Assembly (NCBI GenBank): GCA_951406725.2
Contig: OX597825.1
Span: forward strand, 58,776,001 to 58,840,000
Direction: 5' to 3'
Source of the DNA: Octopus vulgaris
Taxonomy: Eukaryota
Length of the DNA stretch: 64,000 nt
In this document: positions 24,090 through 38,560 of the stretch, one piece after another
Layout: each line of letters opens with the position of its first letter
Position numbering within the stretch: the first letter of the stretch is position 1
Notes under the pieces: generated by a model
What the model saw: the letters and a program-made list of their open reading frames with translations, nothing else
Database searches by the model: none
Told to the model about the DNA's origin: nothing
Position numbers and translations under genes: made by a program

Positions 24090-24183
24090 CTTGATAAGTG
24101 TAAGCACCTGTATGCGCCAGCTAGTGGCAGAGATGAGAGGGTATATATCAAATAAAATCAAAAACAGAACACAAAGGATGTCT

Positions 24184-24272
24184 CTGTACACGTGTTTCAA
24201 GCTTTATAAACGACCTGTTCTTACATCAGTGTATAATAGATATAAAAGATGGTTTAAAGCTCTCTTCAGCTG
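24184..24272 (-). ncRNA. Type I hammerhead ribozyme-like motif
   Basis: Minus strand cag-CTGAAGA-gagcttta...taaagctt-GAAA-cacgtg-TA-cag, with an 8-bp stem II, palindromic stem III and weak stem I. Confidence 0.65.
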
Positions 24273-24727
24273 CATGCATTGTTATTCCAAAGAGTTACAT
24301 CACACTATAAAAATGTACATGTAGTATTACCCATAATAATAGGTATATCATATCTCCCTGAGAGAGTGTATTTGTAAAATTTCATAACCAAATAGGTATG
24401 TAGGGTATCATTGGATTTTGAAAATCTGTCCATACTCTATCACGAGTCAAAATAGAGTGAATGTTAAATAGATTTGAATGGGTTCATTCGTCTTGTAAGG
24501 AAATAGAAATAAAGAGAAGGAAAAGGAAAAAGGAAGGAAAAAATAGGGAGAGCATGGAGAGGAAAGAAAATAGATAGAAAGAATACAGAGAAAGAAGAGA
24601 GAAAAAAGATAGAGGGGAAATAGAGAGAAAGAAAAGGGAGAAAAAAGAAGGAAGAAGAGAAAATAGAGAGAGAAAACGTTATATATCTATATGAATATTT
24701 ATATATGTATATATCTATGTATATACA

Positions 24728-24890
24728 CAACGGACTTCTTTCAGTTTCCATCTACCAAATCCACTCACATGGCTTCTGTCGGCTCGAGGCTATAGTAGAA
24801 GACACTTGCACAATTTACCATGCAATGGGACTGAACCCAGAACCATGTGATTGGGTAGCAATCTTCCTACCATATAGCCACGCCTGCACC
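24728..24890 (-). mobile_element. SINE family A, 5' half
   Basis: Reverse complement of 23201-23365. Confidence 0.88.
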
Positions 24891-24892
24891 TA

Positions 24893-24943
<51 letters not shown>

Positions 24944-25433
24944 ATATATATATATAAAGATATATATATAAAGATATATATATATATATACATACATACA
25001 TATACATCTACATATATATATATATATATACACACACACATTTAGGTATGTATATATATTCATATGTGTATCTGCTAAATCCCTGCACTGAGTGTGAATG
25101 CATTTGGTAGAGTGAAAATGTAGAAAAGTTCTATGTAATTGTCTTTGTGTTTGTTTGCCAATGCTTCACAACCGGTGTTGCCACTTCTCTCTGTAAACAG
25201 ATGAAATAAGTACCAGAAGAGTAAACTGTTGAAGATGTTGTTTCCAGTATGGGTTACACTCTAATTTCTGATACAAGGAAAACAATAAAGATTACACATT
25301 CTTATACACATACATCATCATCACCATCATCGTTTAACGTCCATCCTGCATGCATGCATGGGTAGGATGGTTGACAGAAGCTGGTCAGGTAGAAAAACTA
25401 CATACATACAAACATACATATACATACATATAC

Positions 25434-25482
<49 letters not shown>

Positions 25483-25628
25483 TAGATAGATATATATAAT
25501 ATTTTACTATAAAATTGGATTTAATCCTAAATCTGATTTTTTTCCCTGTAAATTTGGATTTATTCCCTAATATTTATTATTATATATAGATATATATATA
25601 TACATATACATATCTATATCTATATCTA

Positions 25629-25715
<87 letters not shown>

Positions 25716-26261
25716 ATATTACTTTTTGCATTTATGCTGAGTTAAAATAAATACAATTTCACATGAAATTGCAAGAATGATGTCAATAGTAACTGTAAAG
25801 TTTAGGTCTGCTTAATCTTCATTAGACTCCGTGTGTGTATGTTTATATATATCATCTGTGTTTATATATATCACCTGGGTTACTGCTGTTCTTATTCAGA
25901 TTACTAAACAATAAAAATGATGATATATCTTTTTTCTCATAATTGTTTCAAAATATCTATATTTTATTTTTAGAAATTCAAATTGTAATGATAATAGAAT
26001 TTGGAACTGAAAATCTGTCAATCTTAAAGCACCTCATAGTAAACAATATTCATTGTATAATTTTTTGTTGGTGTCCAAATGAATAAATTGTTGCTGCTTC
26101 CAAATCATGAGCAACCAATATAGAGTTGGCCATGGGATTCACCCTGAGATTTCTTAATTGAAATTGAAATACCAAAACTTAGTTTGTCTGGAAATTGAAA
26201 CCTCTTAAATTCAAATGGAAGGAGAGGAAATTTTGGAATAAAGACATTTTCATCTTTGTGA

Positions 26262-26331
<70 letters not shown>

Positions 26332-26753
26332 GGGGGGGTATGCATAGGTATATATGGATGTGTTTGGATAGTATATAATACACAGATATGCAAATCTTGA
26401 CCCTCACTTGGTGTCCTTAATATTAAAATACCTTGATGCAGATGAATCCTACAAATAATTGTGCACATACTTGTATGAGTGTGTGTGTGTGTGTGTGTTG
26501 GTATGCATTTACATGTGCGAGTACCTTGGGAATTATAGAATGGATATATATCATACAAAGCATACTCCCACTTAAGATATAAATTAACAATGAAAAAGAA
26601 TGAATATTCACTAAAAAGTGTGTTAAAACCTTTCAAAACAAAAAAAGGAAGAAAGCATGAGAAGATCTAAGTAAATATCGTAAATAACTGATAAGGTTGA
26701 ATATATGCTCTAGACTATCTTGTAAATAATTTATCTGATCTTGTGAAGAAATG

Positions 26754-26790
<37 letters not shown>

Positions 26791-27015
26791 CATATATATG
26801 TGTGAGTGTGTTTACATATATATGTATATATGTATATATGCATGTATATATATACATATATATATGTGTGTGTGAGTGTGTGAGTGTGTGTGTGTATGTG
26901 TGATTGTATATGTATGCGTGCATGCTCATATGCTCTTTCAGTCTCTTAATATTTCTTTAATTGTGTATATACATGTGTGTGTGTGAACTGTGTGTGTTTG
27001 TGGTATATGTGTGTG

Positions 27016-27085
<70 letters not shown>

Positions 27086-29662
27086 TGAGGATATACGTTA
27101 ACAAAAGGCATCCATTAGCAGCATTAGACACCTGGAACAAAGAACTTGACTTGCTGAGTGAGAAAAACAATTGCAGAAACTGTAAAATGTCCACAGGACA
27201 ATGCGAATGAGATCTCTTTGTGTAACTGCGAAACGAGGCACCTAAAACCAATACCTATAAAGAAGGAGAAGCATTGCGGTTCTTTTGAGTGCAAATACCT
27301 TTGAAATTTCATGACATCACAACTCTGGGTAGTGCATGAGTATTTAAGGAGGTAACTGTAACCAGTTCCCAGTGTCTCCTATAACTTGTGAATGCCATTG
27401 GCCATAACAATAAGCGTATGACTTCTGCTAGCCAAGCTGTCTATTAGCAACAACTACAATGTATACCACAGAGAATAATGGAGGTAATTTGAAGGTGAAT
27501 TGGTGTTAGACAATTGACACGGATCTATATGTAATGAGCAAATGTTTGAATGAAACAATGAAGAATTCAGCTAAATGAACTTGCTTTGTTAGACATCAGT
27601 AATATCTAAGCCATATTTAAGATGCAAGCATACAGAAAACAGAAGATATAGAGGACTCAGGTATACAGAAGATGTAAAAGACACAGGTGAACAGGAAGGA
27701 GATGATATAATTTTAGGCTAAGAGAACACAGGCACATAGAAAACAAAAAACATAGAAGAATCATTCGCAGAGGAGATATAAAACACACAAGCTTACAGGA
27801 AGAAGATAAAGCCTTAGTATAAAAGGACACAGTATACTGAAGACAGACACCACAAAGACTTTGTACCTGGTGAGATGTGAACCTAATACTCAGAGAACTT
27901 TTGTCAGTTTTTTTAGATACGATAACAAGCTTCTGGCTATAATTCAGTCCAGTTACAAATATGTAAGTCAACTCAACATTGTTACATTCACCATTTCATT
28001 GTCACACATTTTGTTGTTTCTTATTTTTATTTACAACTTTTATTTGACTTTTGGAACCAATGTAAAACACATCATTATCTGTTTTGTTATTACATAAGCT
28101 AGAATCAGCTGTATGCATGTATGCTCTGTTCTATCTGAAATCTTCCTATAAGGAAGAACCTTGTTTCTAACAAAGCTTGAAAAAAGTCTTACATATTTTT
28201 TACTGTTCCATTTACAAATTGTATTTGCATTGTGCAAATTAGCTGGTTGATTATTTTATTGAAATACCTAGCTGATCCAGTTTATCACTTCGGCTTTTAT
28301 TCAGAAAACAAAGTGCATCAATTATTATTGTTTAAATATGAATTTATAATGTGAATATAGAAGTTGGAGGTTTCAAAGCCATTGTTCATATCTTCTTTCT
28401 TTTTGATTTTCAAAGAAATATTCACATCAGTGGGGCAGTTAACCTCTATGACTACATACATATTCATGACTGTCCTAAACGACAATATCCTGCTTATTAT
28501 GTTTACATTTGATAGGAGTTTGGGTGGGAATATTCTGCCAATGTATGTATGTATGTATGTATGTATGTATGTATGTATGTATGTATCTATGTATGATGTT
28601 TCTTTGAGTTTGATTTAAGTCCTTCTTGAGAAAGTTCAAGCTGGTCGCTAATGAAGTATCAATATTTTTAAGTTAAGAGGCTTTCCTAGTGTTTGTAAAT
28701 ATGTATGTATGTATGAATGTATGTATGTATGTATGTATGTATGTATGCATGTATGCATGTATGTATGTATGTATGTATGTATGTATGTATGCATGCATGC
28801 ATGCATGTATGTATGTATGTATGTATGTATGTATGTGTGTCTGTATGTGTGTGTGTGTCTTAACATTCCTGTACATGTGTATATATATATGTGTGTGAAC
28901 CGTGTGTTTGTGGTGTCTGTGTGTGAGAGATGCATAGAATTGGTAATATTACAGTAATTCATTGTTTTTGTTTTTATTCACTTAGAGATCAGTTGGGCTT
29001 CTGCTGCTGATAGGGTACTTCAGATTCTAGCCCCTCAAAAATAGTATCCATGTAATAGTCGACCCCATAAATTTGACATTAAAAACGGCTTAAAAAATTC
29101 AACTTTTACACGAGTACATACAATATGTATGTGTTTTGTATGTATAGATGTATGTATATATATATATATATATATACATATATGTTTTGTATGTATGTAT
29201 GTATATATGTATGTCATTGTTTAGCTTTACTTCAAGATTTCTTGCCAATAGAGAAAGAGCCGGTTTCTTACCAAGATCTAAGACTAAGCATTATATTTGA
29301 TAGAGTAATCTGAATGTGTATTTATGTATGCATCTATTCATGCATGTATGTATGCATATATTTATGTATATATGTAAAAATCACTTAGTCCACTCTGCAG
29401 GGTGGTTGGTGTTATGAAGGGCATCTAGCCATAAAAACTGTGCCAAAACAGATACAAGAGTCTAGTACAGTCTTCTACCTAGTCAGCTCCTGTCGAACCA
29501 TACAACCTATACTAACAAGGAAAACAGACATTACACAATGATGATGATGATGTATACATACGTATGTATGAATTATATATGTTTGCATGTGTGAACATAT
29601 CTCTGTATGTACATATCTATATGTGCACATGTAGGTACATGTGTACATGTAGATATGTACTT

Positions 29663-30543
29663 AGAGGTCCAGGTGTTACATTCATGATTGTAAGATTGTG
29701 GTTTTGATTCCTGGACCAGAAATACATTGAGTTCTTGAGAAAGGTACTTCATTTCACGCTACTCCAGTTCATTCAGTTGGCAAATGTAAGTAATCCTATG
29801 ATGGATCAGCACCCAGTCCAGTAGAGGAACATATTATATACACTACAGAATCCGGGAAACTGGCCTTATGAGCCTATGACTCAGGAATGACCTTTAATCT
29901 TTTTTTTTTATGTATACACATGTATGTTTGTGAAGGTCCCTGGCTCGATGGTTAGAATGTTAGGCTCACAATCATGAGGTAGTGAGTTCAATTCCCAGAC
30001 TGAGCTGTGTTGTGTCCTTGAGTTAGACACTTTCTTTCATGTTGCTCCGGTTCACTCATCTGTAGAAATGAGTAGCAAATTCACTAGTTCCAAGCTGTAT
30101 CAGCCTTTATCTTTCCCTTGGATAAAACAACCTTGCCCGAACTTGTACCTCGGAGAGTAACTTTCTAGGTGCAATCCCTTGTCATTCATGATTGAAGGGG
30201 GTCTTTATCCATTTTTATGTATGTATGTATGTATGTGTGGAGGCACATAGCCTAGTGGTTAGAGCAGTGGATTCACGGTCAAGGGATCACGGGTTCAAAT
30301 CTCAGACTGGGTGATGTGTATGTTTATGAGCGAAACACCTAAGCTCCACACAACTCCAGCAGAAGGTAATGGCGAACTTCTGCTGACTCTTCTGCCACAA
30401 CTTTCTCTCACTCTTTCCTCCTGCATCTAGCAGCTCATCTGTGATGGACCAGCATCCCATCCAGGTGGGGAACCTATATGCCAAGGAAACCGGGAAACCG
30501 GCCCTTATGAGCCACACGTGGCTCGAGAAGGAACAAACAACAA
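29663..30543 (+). mobile_element. Cluster of three SINE family C-type copies
   Basis: Heads near 29663, 29932 and 30239 with A/B-box-like motifs; shared ctccag/ggaaac..gcc.ttatgagcc blocks. Confidence 0.8.
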
Positions 30544-31239
30544 TGTATGTATGTATGCATGTGTGTATATATGTATGCATGTAAACAAGGAGGTTCTATT
30601 AGAACAAGTTATACTGCAGTAGTAACCCTGAGAGAAAGAAGTCATATTGGATACTGGTGCAAAATGCACTCTTATATATATTGCTAGAAGGGAGATAAAT
30701 CCCTGCCACCTCCAACACTGACACTACCAGATCACACAATTTTTATCTTCCTTGGTCTTGTCAGTGATGAATACTTGAGCACCAGATATAGCTGTGATCC
30801 ATTTTCCAGCCAGAGATGTATGGAATCACAGTGCCAGAACAGGTACTGATGTTGTGATTAGGCAGTGAGTTTAAGTGAGGATACATATCACCTTGCAGTA
30901 TTGATACTGCCTCTGTTGCTAACAAATTTATTCTTTTATTCTTTTATTTGTTTCAGTCATTTCACTGTGGCTATGCTGGAGCACCACCTTTAGTCGAACA
31001 AATTGACCCCAGGACTTATTCTTTGTATACCTAGAACTTATTGTATCGGTCTCTTACCACACAGCCACTCCTGTACCTATATACATATATATTTATGCAT
31101 GCACATATGCATGTACACATGTATGTCACTATGTATGTACATACATATGTATATATATATTTATGTATGCATGCATGTATAAAGGGATGTGCGTGTGTTC
31201 GAACTAGCCTGTATTGACATATATATGTATGTATATATG

Positions 31240-31305
<66 letters not shown>

Positions 31306-33170
31306 CATATACACATGACATCTGTCTATACATATACGAATTACAGATTTAATTTCTGGAATGATTTACATATTTTTCCAGTCCAGTTAATAATTTGTAA
31401 TTATTATAATTCTCTAATTACTCACATAATTTCTGAATTTTGTAATGTTGAATTTCTCAACATTAACAAACCAATCAGTTAGATAACCAAACTCTCTAAT
31501 AATCACAGATTTCTATGTTTACCAATTGCTCTGAATATTGTGCCTTTGATTTTACTCTAAATTTCTTAGAATACGTTATATAAAGTGCTTCTAAATCTTT
31601 TTTTGATTAGTTATTTTTCAGGGTTTTTACCTAGTATTTAATGTGATTAAGTGACCTCTGATAATAGTGGGATTATTATGCTCTGGGAGAGAAAGCAACG
31701 TAGCTGCCAGATTTTCAAGTTGGTTCTTCCATGAAATAGTTTATTATAATGATGATGATAACAAGAGTTCTATACCATAGTCTGATTGGAATTGTTATGG
31801 TCACTCCATGAAGTAGCAACAAATAATTTTATATAGGTATAAATATATGAATAGTTAAAAATCACACAACGTAGGTAAAATTTGAAGCAAATAGGAAAAA
31901 AACAAATAAAAAATGCAATGTGGTGTCACACAAGCAAAAGCATGTTTCCAATAATATAGAAATATAAGTTCAAAAAAATAAACAAAGAAAGAAGTTTATA
32001 AAGAAGCTGATACCCCAAAGGAAGAAACAGAGAAGAATCTGATGTTTCAAGTGATACCTTTTATCAAAGAGAAGATAAAAGAATTGAAAAAAATTGAGAG
32101 GCAAGAGAAAGAGAAAATAATTTATGTTATGTAAAAATGATTTCTATTCACATGGCAGATCTCAGCCAAAATGGTGATGTGTCTGAACAGGTACCAATGC
32201 ACCTTTTAATGTCAAGCTAAATCTCCTGTAGTTTTTTATTGGTGATTTTGTTTTGGATATCTGATGCCAAGAATGACACATAACTTTACTGAATTTTCCA
32301 ACGCTATTTCTTGTGTACCAGATTGTAGGAATGCATTGAACAAGCAGATGTATTTTTTGGATGAAGGCCATGCCTTTATTCCCACAAGTTAACAGCAGAA
32401 CCCAAACCCTTTGTTTTTAATGGAGATCATTACTAATGTAATTTTTATTTCTTCAGTTCTATTGCTAAGAAGAGAAACTAAATGTGTATTTTGTCTCTAC
32501 TTCTTGCTGATTTTATCTACTTCAAGGCATTTTATTGTGAAGCTCTTCATTGTTTATCTACATAGTAGAACCATTCCACAAAGAATTCAGGGGTTGTTTC
32601 TTCTAAGTTCTACATTTGTTGATATAAAATCTACAATTCCTTTGTTGTTAGAATAGAATGGTTGATTTTTTACACTAGGGTTCTTTGATGTCTCTTTGAA
32701 ACATCTAGAGCTTTTCTACTTTTCACCAAACTCTTCAATTTCTCAGTCCCTGTCTCTTTCCCTGTCTGGTATGTGGTCTGGCCTTGAAGTCAAAATTCCC
32801 ATTTTTGAAGTGTGGAAATCAATGACAGGTGGTACTTTGAGGCATTGCTCCTTCTCCATACAAAACACAAACCTTATGAGCAGCTTCGACAGGCTTAGCA
32901 CCGCGATTAAATGCAAAAAGCAAATGGTGTCGAAAATGCTCAGTTTTGTCCACTTCAATTCCATTTTAATGATATGAAAACACAAAAATCAATAAAATTT
33001 GAAAAATCAAGACACACTATCTTGTAAAGTAAAAATTCCTTTTTCAAACAACATAAAACATTTTGCCAGTGCATTTTATTTCTGCATACATTTTTGAATT
33101 TGAAAAAAATTTTAGGCCAACCAAAGCCTTGTTGGTGGATTTGATAGACGGAAACTGAAAGAAACCCGTC

Positions 33171-33207
<37 letters not shown>

Positions 33208-34081
33208 CGTGTGTGTATGTGTGTGTGTGTTTGTGTGTGTGTATGCATGTATGTATATAAATATGTATATATGTATGTACATGTATGTATATATATATAT
33301 ATATGTATAGAGAGACAGGGAGAGGGAGAAAGATAGACATACAGACAGACAGATACATAGATATACATATTGATAAAAATGTATGTTACCATCCCATCTT
33401 ATTCAAGTCTTTCATTCTTACATAGTCTAATGTGACCTCACCATATTTTTCAAGAACTGTAAGATGGATTGAAAGAGAGAGAGAGAGAGAAGTGACTACT
33501 ATTTATTAGATTGGATTAAGGGACCATGCTGATCTCTTTCTCTCTCTCTCTCTTGCTGAGTCATTCAAGACAGGTTTTAAGAATAATGCCCCAGTATTTT
33601 TGGTATGGGTTATAGGATATGTGATGGTCTCAACATTTGTTTCCCATTGTGAACAATAGTGATAAGCGAAGTGCAATACATTCGAATATAAAATGGAATC
33701 TTGGTCTTGGCCTCGCTTTACCAGAGGCTGGCCTGTTCTATGGTGCACATCACCAAGCTGATTAATATTGATTTTTGCCAAATTAATGGTGATTCGCTAA
33801 TTAAATCTTACGATATTAATGAGTTTGATAAATGTTCGATTATGTAAATTATCCACTTAAGAATAACCAGTCATAATTACTATGACACACACACACATGT
33901 ACACACATACACACACATATACACACACATACACACACACACATGCATAAACAAACTCCTTTCTCTCTCTCACTTTCTCACACACATAAATACACTCATA
34001 TATACATACAACTACACATGTACACACACATATACAAAATATATAAATACATATAATACACATGCACACAAACACACACTT

Positions 34082-34661
34082 ATGTATGCATGTATGTATA
34101 TATGTATATGTGTGTATGTTTGTATGTCTGTACATATGCATGTATGTATGTATGCATGTATGTATGTATGTATGTATATGTGTGTATGTATGTATGTATG
34201 CATGTATGTATGTATGTATGTATGTATGTATGTATGTATATGTGTGTATGTATGTATGTATGTATGTATGTATGTATGTATGTATGTATGTATGTATGTA
34301 TGTATGTATGTATGTATGTATGTATGTATGTATGTATGTATGTATGTATGTATGTATGTATGTATGTATGTATGTATGTATGTATGTATGTATGTATGTA
34401 TGTATGTATGTATGTATGTATGTATGTATGTATGTATATGTGTGTATGTATGTATGTATGTATGTATGTATGTATGTATGTATGTGTGTGTGTATGTATG
34501 TATGTATGTATGTATGTATATGTGTGTATGTATGTATGTATGTATGCATGTATGTATGTATGTATGTATGTATGTATGTATGTATGTATGTATGTATGTA
34601 TGTATGTATGTATGTATGTATGTATGTATGTATGTATGTATGTATGTATGTATGTATGTAT
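34082..34661. repeat. ~580-bp (TATG)n microsatellite
   Basis: Direct inspection. Confidence 0.99.
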
Positions 34662-35155
34662 TAGGCCTGCTCTTTTAACATTGTAACTAACGACATTCCA
34701 AGATCAGTTTAACTGATAAATCACTTCGATTAGCACATGCCCCTTCCTTATTATCATACTTCCTCAATTCTTCTACCTCCCCCTCCCCATAATTATAACT
34801 ATTATTATTATCATTGATATCGTTGTTGTTTTTTGTTATCATTATTGCTATCATTATTATTCTTTATAATCACCATTCAGAAGTTGTATCATTGCTTTGA
34901 TGTTGCCTAACTCCAAGGTCAACCCTGATCAAACAAGCCTAAAGTCAAAGTACTTTAATCAAGTCAGTCGAGTTTTTTTTGTTCAGCAACTATGTACAGT
35001 TACATTATCCAATGTGTTCCCTTTTTTTTAGAAAAAAGAAAAAGGACTACAGATTAAGAACTTGTGGAATATATAGGCAGTACAAGGTGTTGATGTGGCT
35101 GTATGTATGTTAATACAAGAGTTCATAAAGATATGAAAGAATAATTACAGGATCT

Positions 35156-35570
35156 CTCTTTACTCTCTTTTACTCTTTTACTTGTTTCAGTCATTTGACT
35201 GCGGCCATGCTGGAGCACCGCCTTTAGTCGAGCAAATCGACCCCGGGACTTATTCTTTGTAAGCCCAGTACTTATTCTATCGGTCTCTTTTTGCCGAACC
35301 GCTAAGTGACGGGGACGTAAACACACCAGCATCGGTTGTCAAGCAATGCTAGGGGGACAAACACAGACACACAAACACACATACATATATATATATATAC
35401 ATATATACGACAGGCTTCTTTCAGTTTCCGTCTACCAAATCCACTCACAAGGCATTGGTCGGCCCGGGGCTATAGCAGAAGACACTTGCCCAAGATGCCA
35501 CGCAGTGGGACTGAACCCGGAACCATGAGGTTGGTTAGCAAGCTACTTACCACACAGCCACTCCTACGCC
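35156..35570 (-). mobile_element. Full-length, young SINE family A
   Basis: Near-exact reverse complement of 23201-23605 with CpGs retained. Confidence 0.95.
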
Positions 35571-35773
35571 TATCTATATATTTACTACATAAAAATATAT
35601 TTTATTCTTTTTCCAATGGAATCAAATTGTAGAAACTAATTGAATGAAGTAATCTATGCAAGAAAGTCCGGAGATAGGAAATGTAGAACAACAGCTAAGT
35701 GTATATGTGTGTGTGTATGTGTGTGTGAGTGTCTTTGTGTATATATATGTGTGTGTATATATATATGTGTGTG

Positions 35774-35840
<67 letters not shown>

Positions 35841-36807
35841 TAAAGAAAGCAAAACATAAAGCAAAAATGATAGTGTTCAGTATGCTGGTTCAGTATGTTG
35901 GCCATAGGAATTTCTGTCAAAGAGACATGGCTAAACATACCACATACCCACTCTTTCTCTCTCTTATTATTATTATTACTCCTACTGCCATCATCAACAC
36001 AACTACTTTTAATAAACCATCATCAACTCTCCCTAAATTTCTCTGTCTCTCTTTCTCTACCTCTCTTTTTCTTTATCTCTCTCTCTCTCTCTCTCTGTCT
36101 TTGACACCACCCTCGCCATCTCTACTATTACTCTCACCCCAGCACACGGAATAGTAGAAGTGTCATTGAATAGTGAGAGAAGAGATCAAAGTGTGACACA
36201 CTGACACACATAAATTCATTTTGGCATTTATTATTATAGAAGACACTTGCCCAAGGTACTGCACAATAGGACTGAACTCATGACCACATAGTTAGGAAGC
36301 AGGCTTCTTAACCACACACTTAGGCTTGCCCTATGAAAAAATATTTATTCTGTTATAATTTATTGACTGAAACTTGATAATATAAATTCTTTGGATAATC
36401 ATCAAATTCTTCAAAGATAAATCAAAGATACTCACAATGGTTATTTTGCACATTCTTTATAAATTTCAGTTTCTAAGCAATTTAAATTTGATAAATTTTC
36501 TATCTCCACTCATGGCAAAGCTTCATAACAGGTCACTGTACAAATGTTTGCATATTTATATATATATATTTAATGATACAGTTATCAGTGATACATCTGT
36601 AGTATATAACAAGCTCATTTTATCTGTAATACACCAGGTCTTTGTATTTGCCAATCAGTATTATTTTGAGAAGCAATAAGATATGTAAACATAAAAAAAT
36701 ATTCCTTCGCTTACTATGTTTAATTCTAACATCAGGTGTGTATATAGAGTGTAGTCATTACTCACTGTTTTGGGTGGAGTGCATTGGTCAGTAGAATGGT
36801 GATAGAC

Positions 36808-37436
36808 AAGGCGGCGAGCTGGCAGAAACATTAGCACGCCGGGTGAAATGCTTAGCGGTATTTCGGTTGCCGTTATGTTCTGAGTTTAAATTCTGCCAAG
36901 GTCGACTTTTCCTTTCATCCTTTCGGGGTCGATAAATTAAGTACTAGTTATGCACTGGGGTCGATACAATCAACTTAATTCCTTTGTCTGTCTTTGTTTG
37001 CCCCTCAATGTTTAACCCCTTGTGGGCAGTAAAGAAATAGGTTTTTCATCTGCCGTGACGTTCTGAGTTCAAATTCCGCCAAGGTCAACTTTGCCTTTCA
37101 TCCTTTCGGGGTCTGTAAATTAAGCACCAGTTACGCACTGGGATCGATGTAATCGACTTAATCCCTTTGTCTGTCCTTGTTTGTCCCCTATATGTTTAGC
37201 CCCCTGTAGGCAATAGAGAAATAAGAAACATTAGCACGCCCAGGCAAAATGCTTGGCGGTATTACGTCTGCCGTTATGTTCTGAGTTCAAATTTCGCCGA
37301 GGTCGACATTGCCTTTCATCCTTTTGGGGGGGTCAATAAATTAAGTACCAATTACGCACTGGGGGTCGATGCAATCGACTTAATACCTTTGTTTGTCCCC
37401 TCTATGTTTAGCCCCTTGTGGGCAATAAAGAAATAA
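36808..37436 (+). mobile_element. Trimeric SINE family B
   Basis: Three consecutive cores; imperfect TSD agaatggtgatagaca / agaatggtaaaagaca. Confidence 0.9.
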
Positions 37437-37875
37437 GAATGGTAAAAGACAGCAGGATGGTGGTAGAGGGTAGGTTAGTGATAGTTACTAGAGGTGAGGT
37501 AGAAGGTAGAAGGATTGTAGAGGGTAGAATTGGGGATAGATGGTTGAATGCTCAAGTGATAGAATGGTGGTAGACTGCAGATTCATGATAAATGGTAGAA
37601 CAAGGGTAGATGGCAGAATAGTGGTAGTTAGTAGAATGGTGGCAGATGGTTGAATGCTCATGGGCAGCAAATTGGTGATAAATGGTAGAATTGTGGTAGA
37701 CTGCAGATTGATGATAAATGGTAGAACAGTGGTAGATGGCAGAATGGTGGAAGTTGGTAGAATGGTGGTAGATGGCTGAATGGTAATAGATGGTAGAATG
37801 GTAGCAGATGGTAGAGTAATGGTAGATGATAGATGCTGGCAGATTGTAGACTGGTGGTAGATGGTAGAATAGATA
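37437..37875. repeat. Degenerate purine-rich minisatellite (about 18-bp tggtagatggtagaatgg unit with a higher-order duplication)
   Basis: Repeated tggtaga/agaatgg motifs; the agatggttgaatgctca...gtggtagactgcagatt block occurs twice. Confidence 0.85.
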
Positions 37876-38560
37876 CTGAAGCAAACAAAAATGTCTTTTA
37901 CTATTTTTAGCTATTCAGCTTTTTATATTCTCTTCCATATTTCTAAGTTGGCATTGGTTGACTTTGCCATTTTTATCTTTGGGAGGTTGAGGGCATTATG
38001 TACCACACATATACTGGGTTGATTCAATATTCCTGAAAATCAAAATTATTTTAATAGATGGAGGAAGAGGATATAATGAGGGGGAGTGGTGCTGGATGAT
38101 GATATGATGAGGAGGATATGGGAGTAGTAGTAGTAACAGTAGTTGTTATTGTTGTGGAACATCAACAACAAGGAGCAAAAGTTGAAAAATGTAAAAGAAG
38201 TTCTGCATTCAAACACTGCCAAGGTAGATAGCCTTACTTAAAAAATTTTTTTCTTTCTTCAAGCTTGATAAAATACCAGTGATGTACTGGGGCTCCTCTC
38301 ATCGATTATAGCCATTCCTTAAAATATTTGTCTTAAAAGAAAGAATCCTGTTATTTTTCAGTTGTAGACTCCATACAATGGCTGAGATAATTCCAAATTA
38401 TGCAGAATTTATAAGTCTTTAGAATGTTGAAGCCATATCAGTTTGGACAGTTCCAGACAATGTCTTTCACATAACTTCTGTATCAGTATACACATTTCCT
38501 GAATAGTTTTATACATATTTGATCAACTTATATTTTTGTCTTCCAACTTTAGACACATTA

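Noticed and set aside
28080-28530. Possible LINE RT remnant (LEVSKP resembling LDxSKAF)
   Set aside because: Too degenerate to support without an alignment.
33857-34686. 200-230 aa YVCM/HTYI ORFs and the many similar ORFs in the track
   Set aside because: Stop-free (TATG)n, (TA)n and (TG)n repeats open in several frames on both strands.
37552-37884. STIYHH-repeat ORF as a repetitive structural protein
   Set aside because: Product of an 18-bp minisatellite that is open in more than one frame; no ATG start or splice evidence noted.
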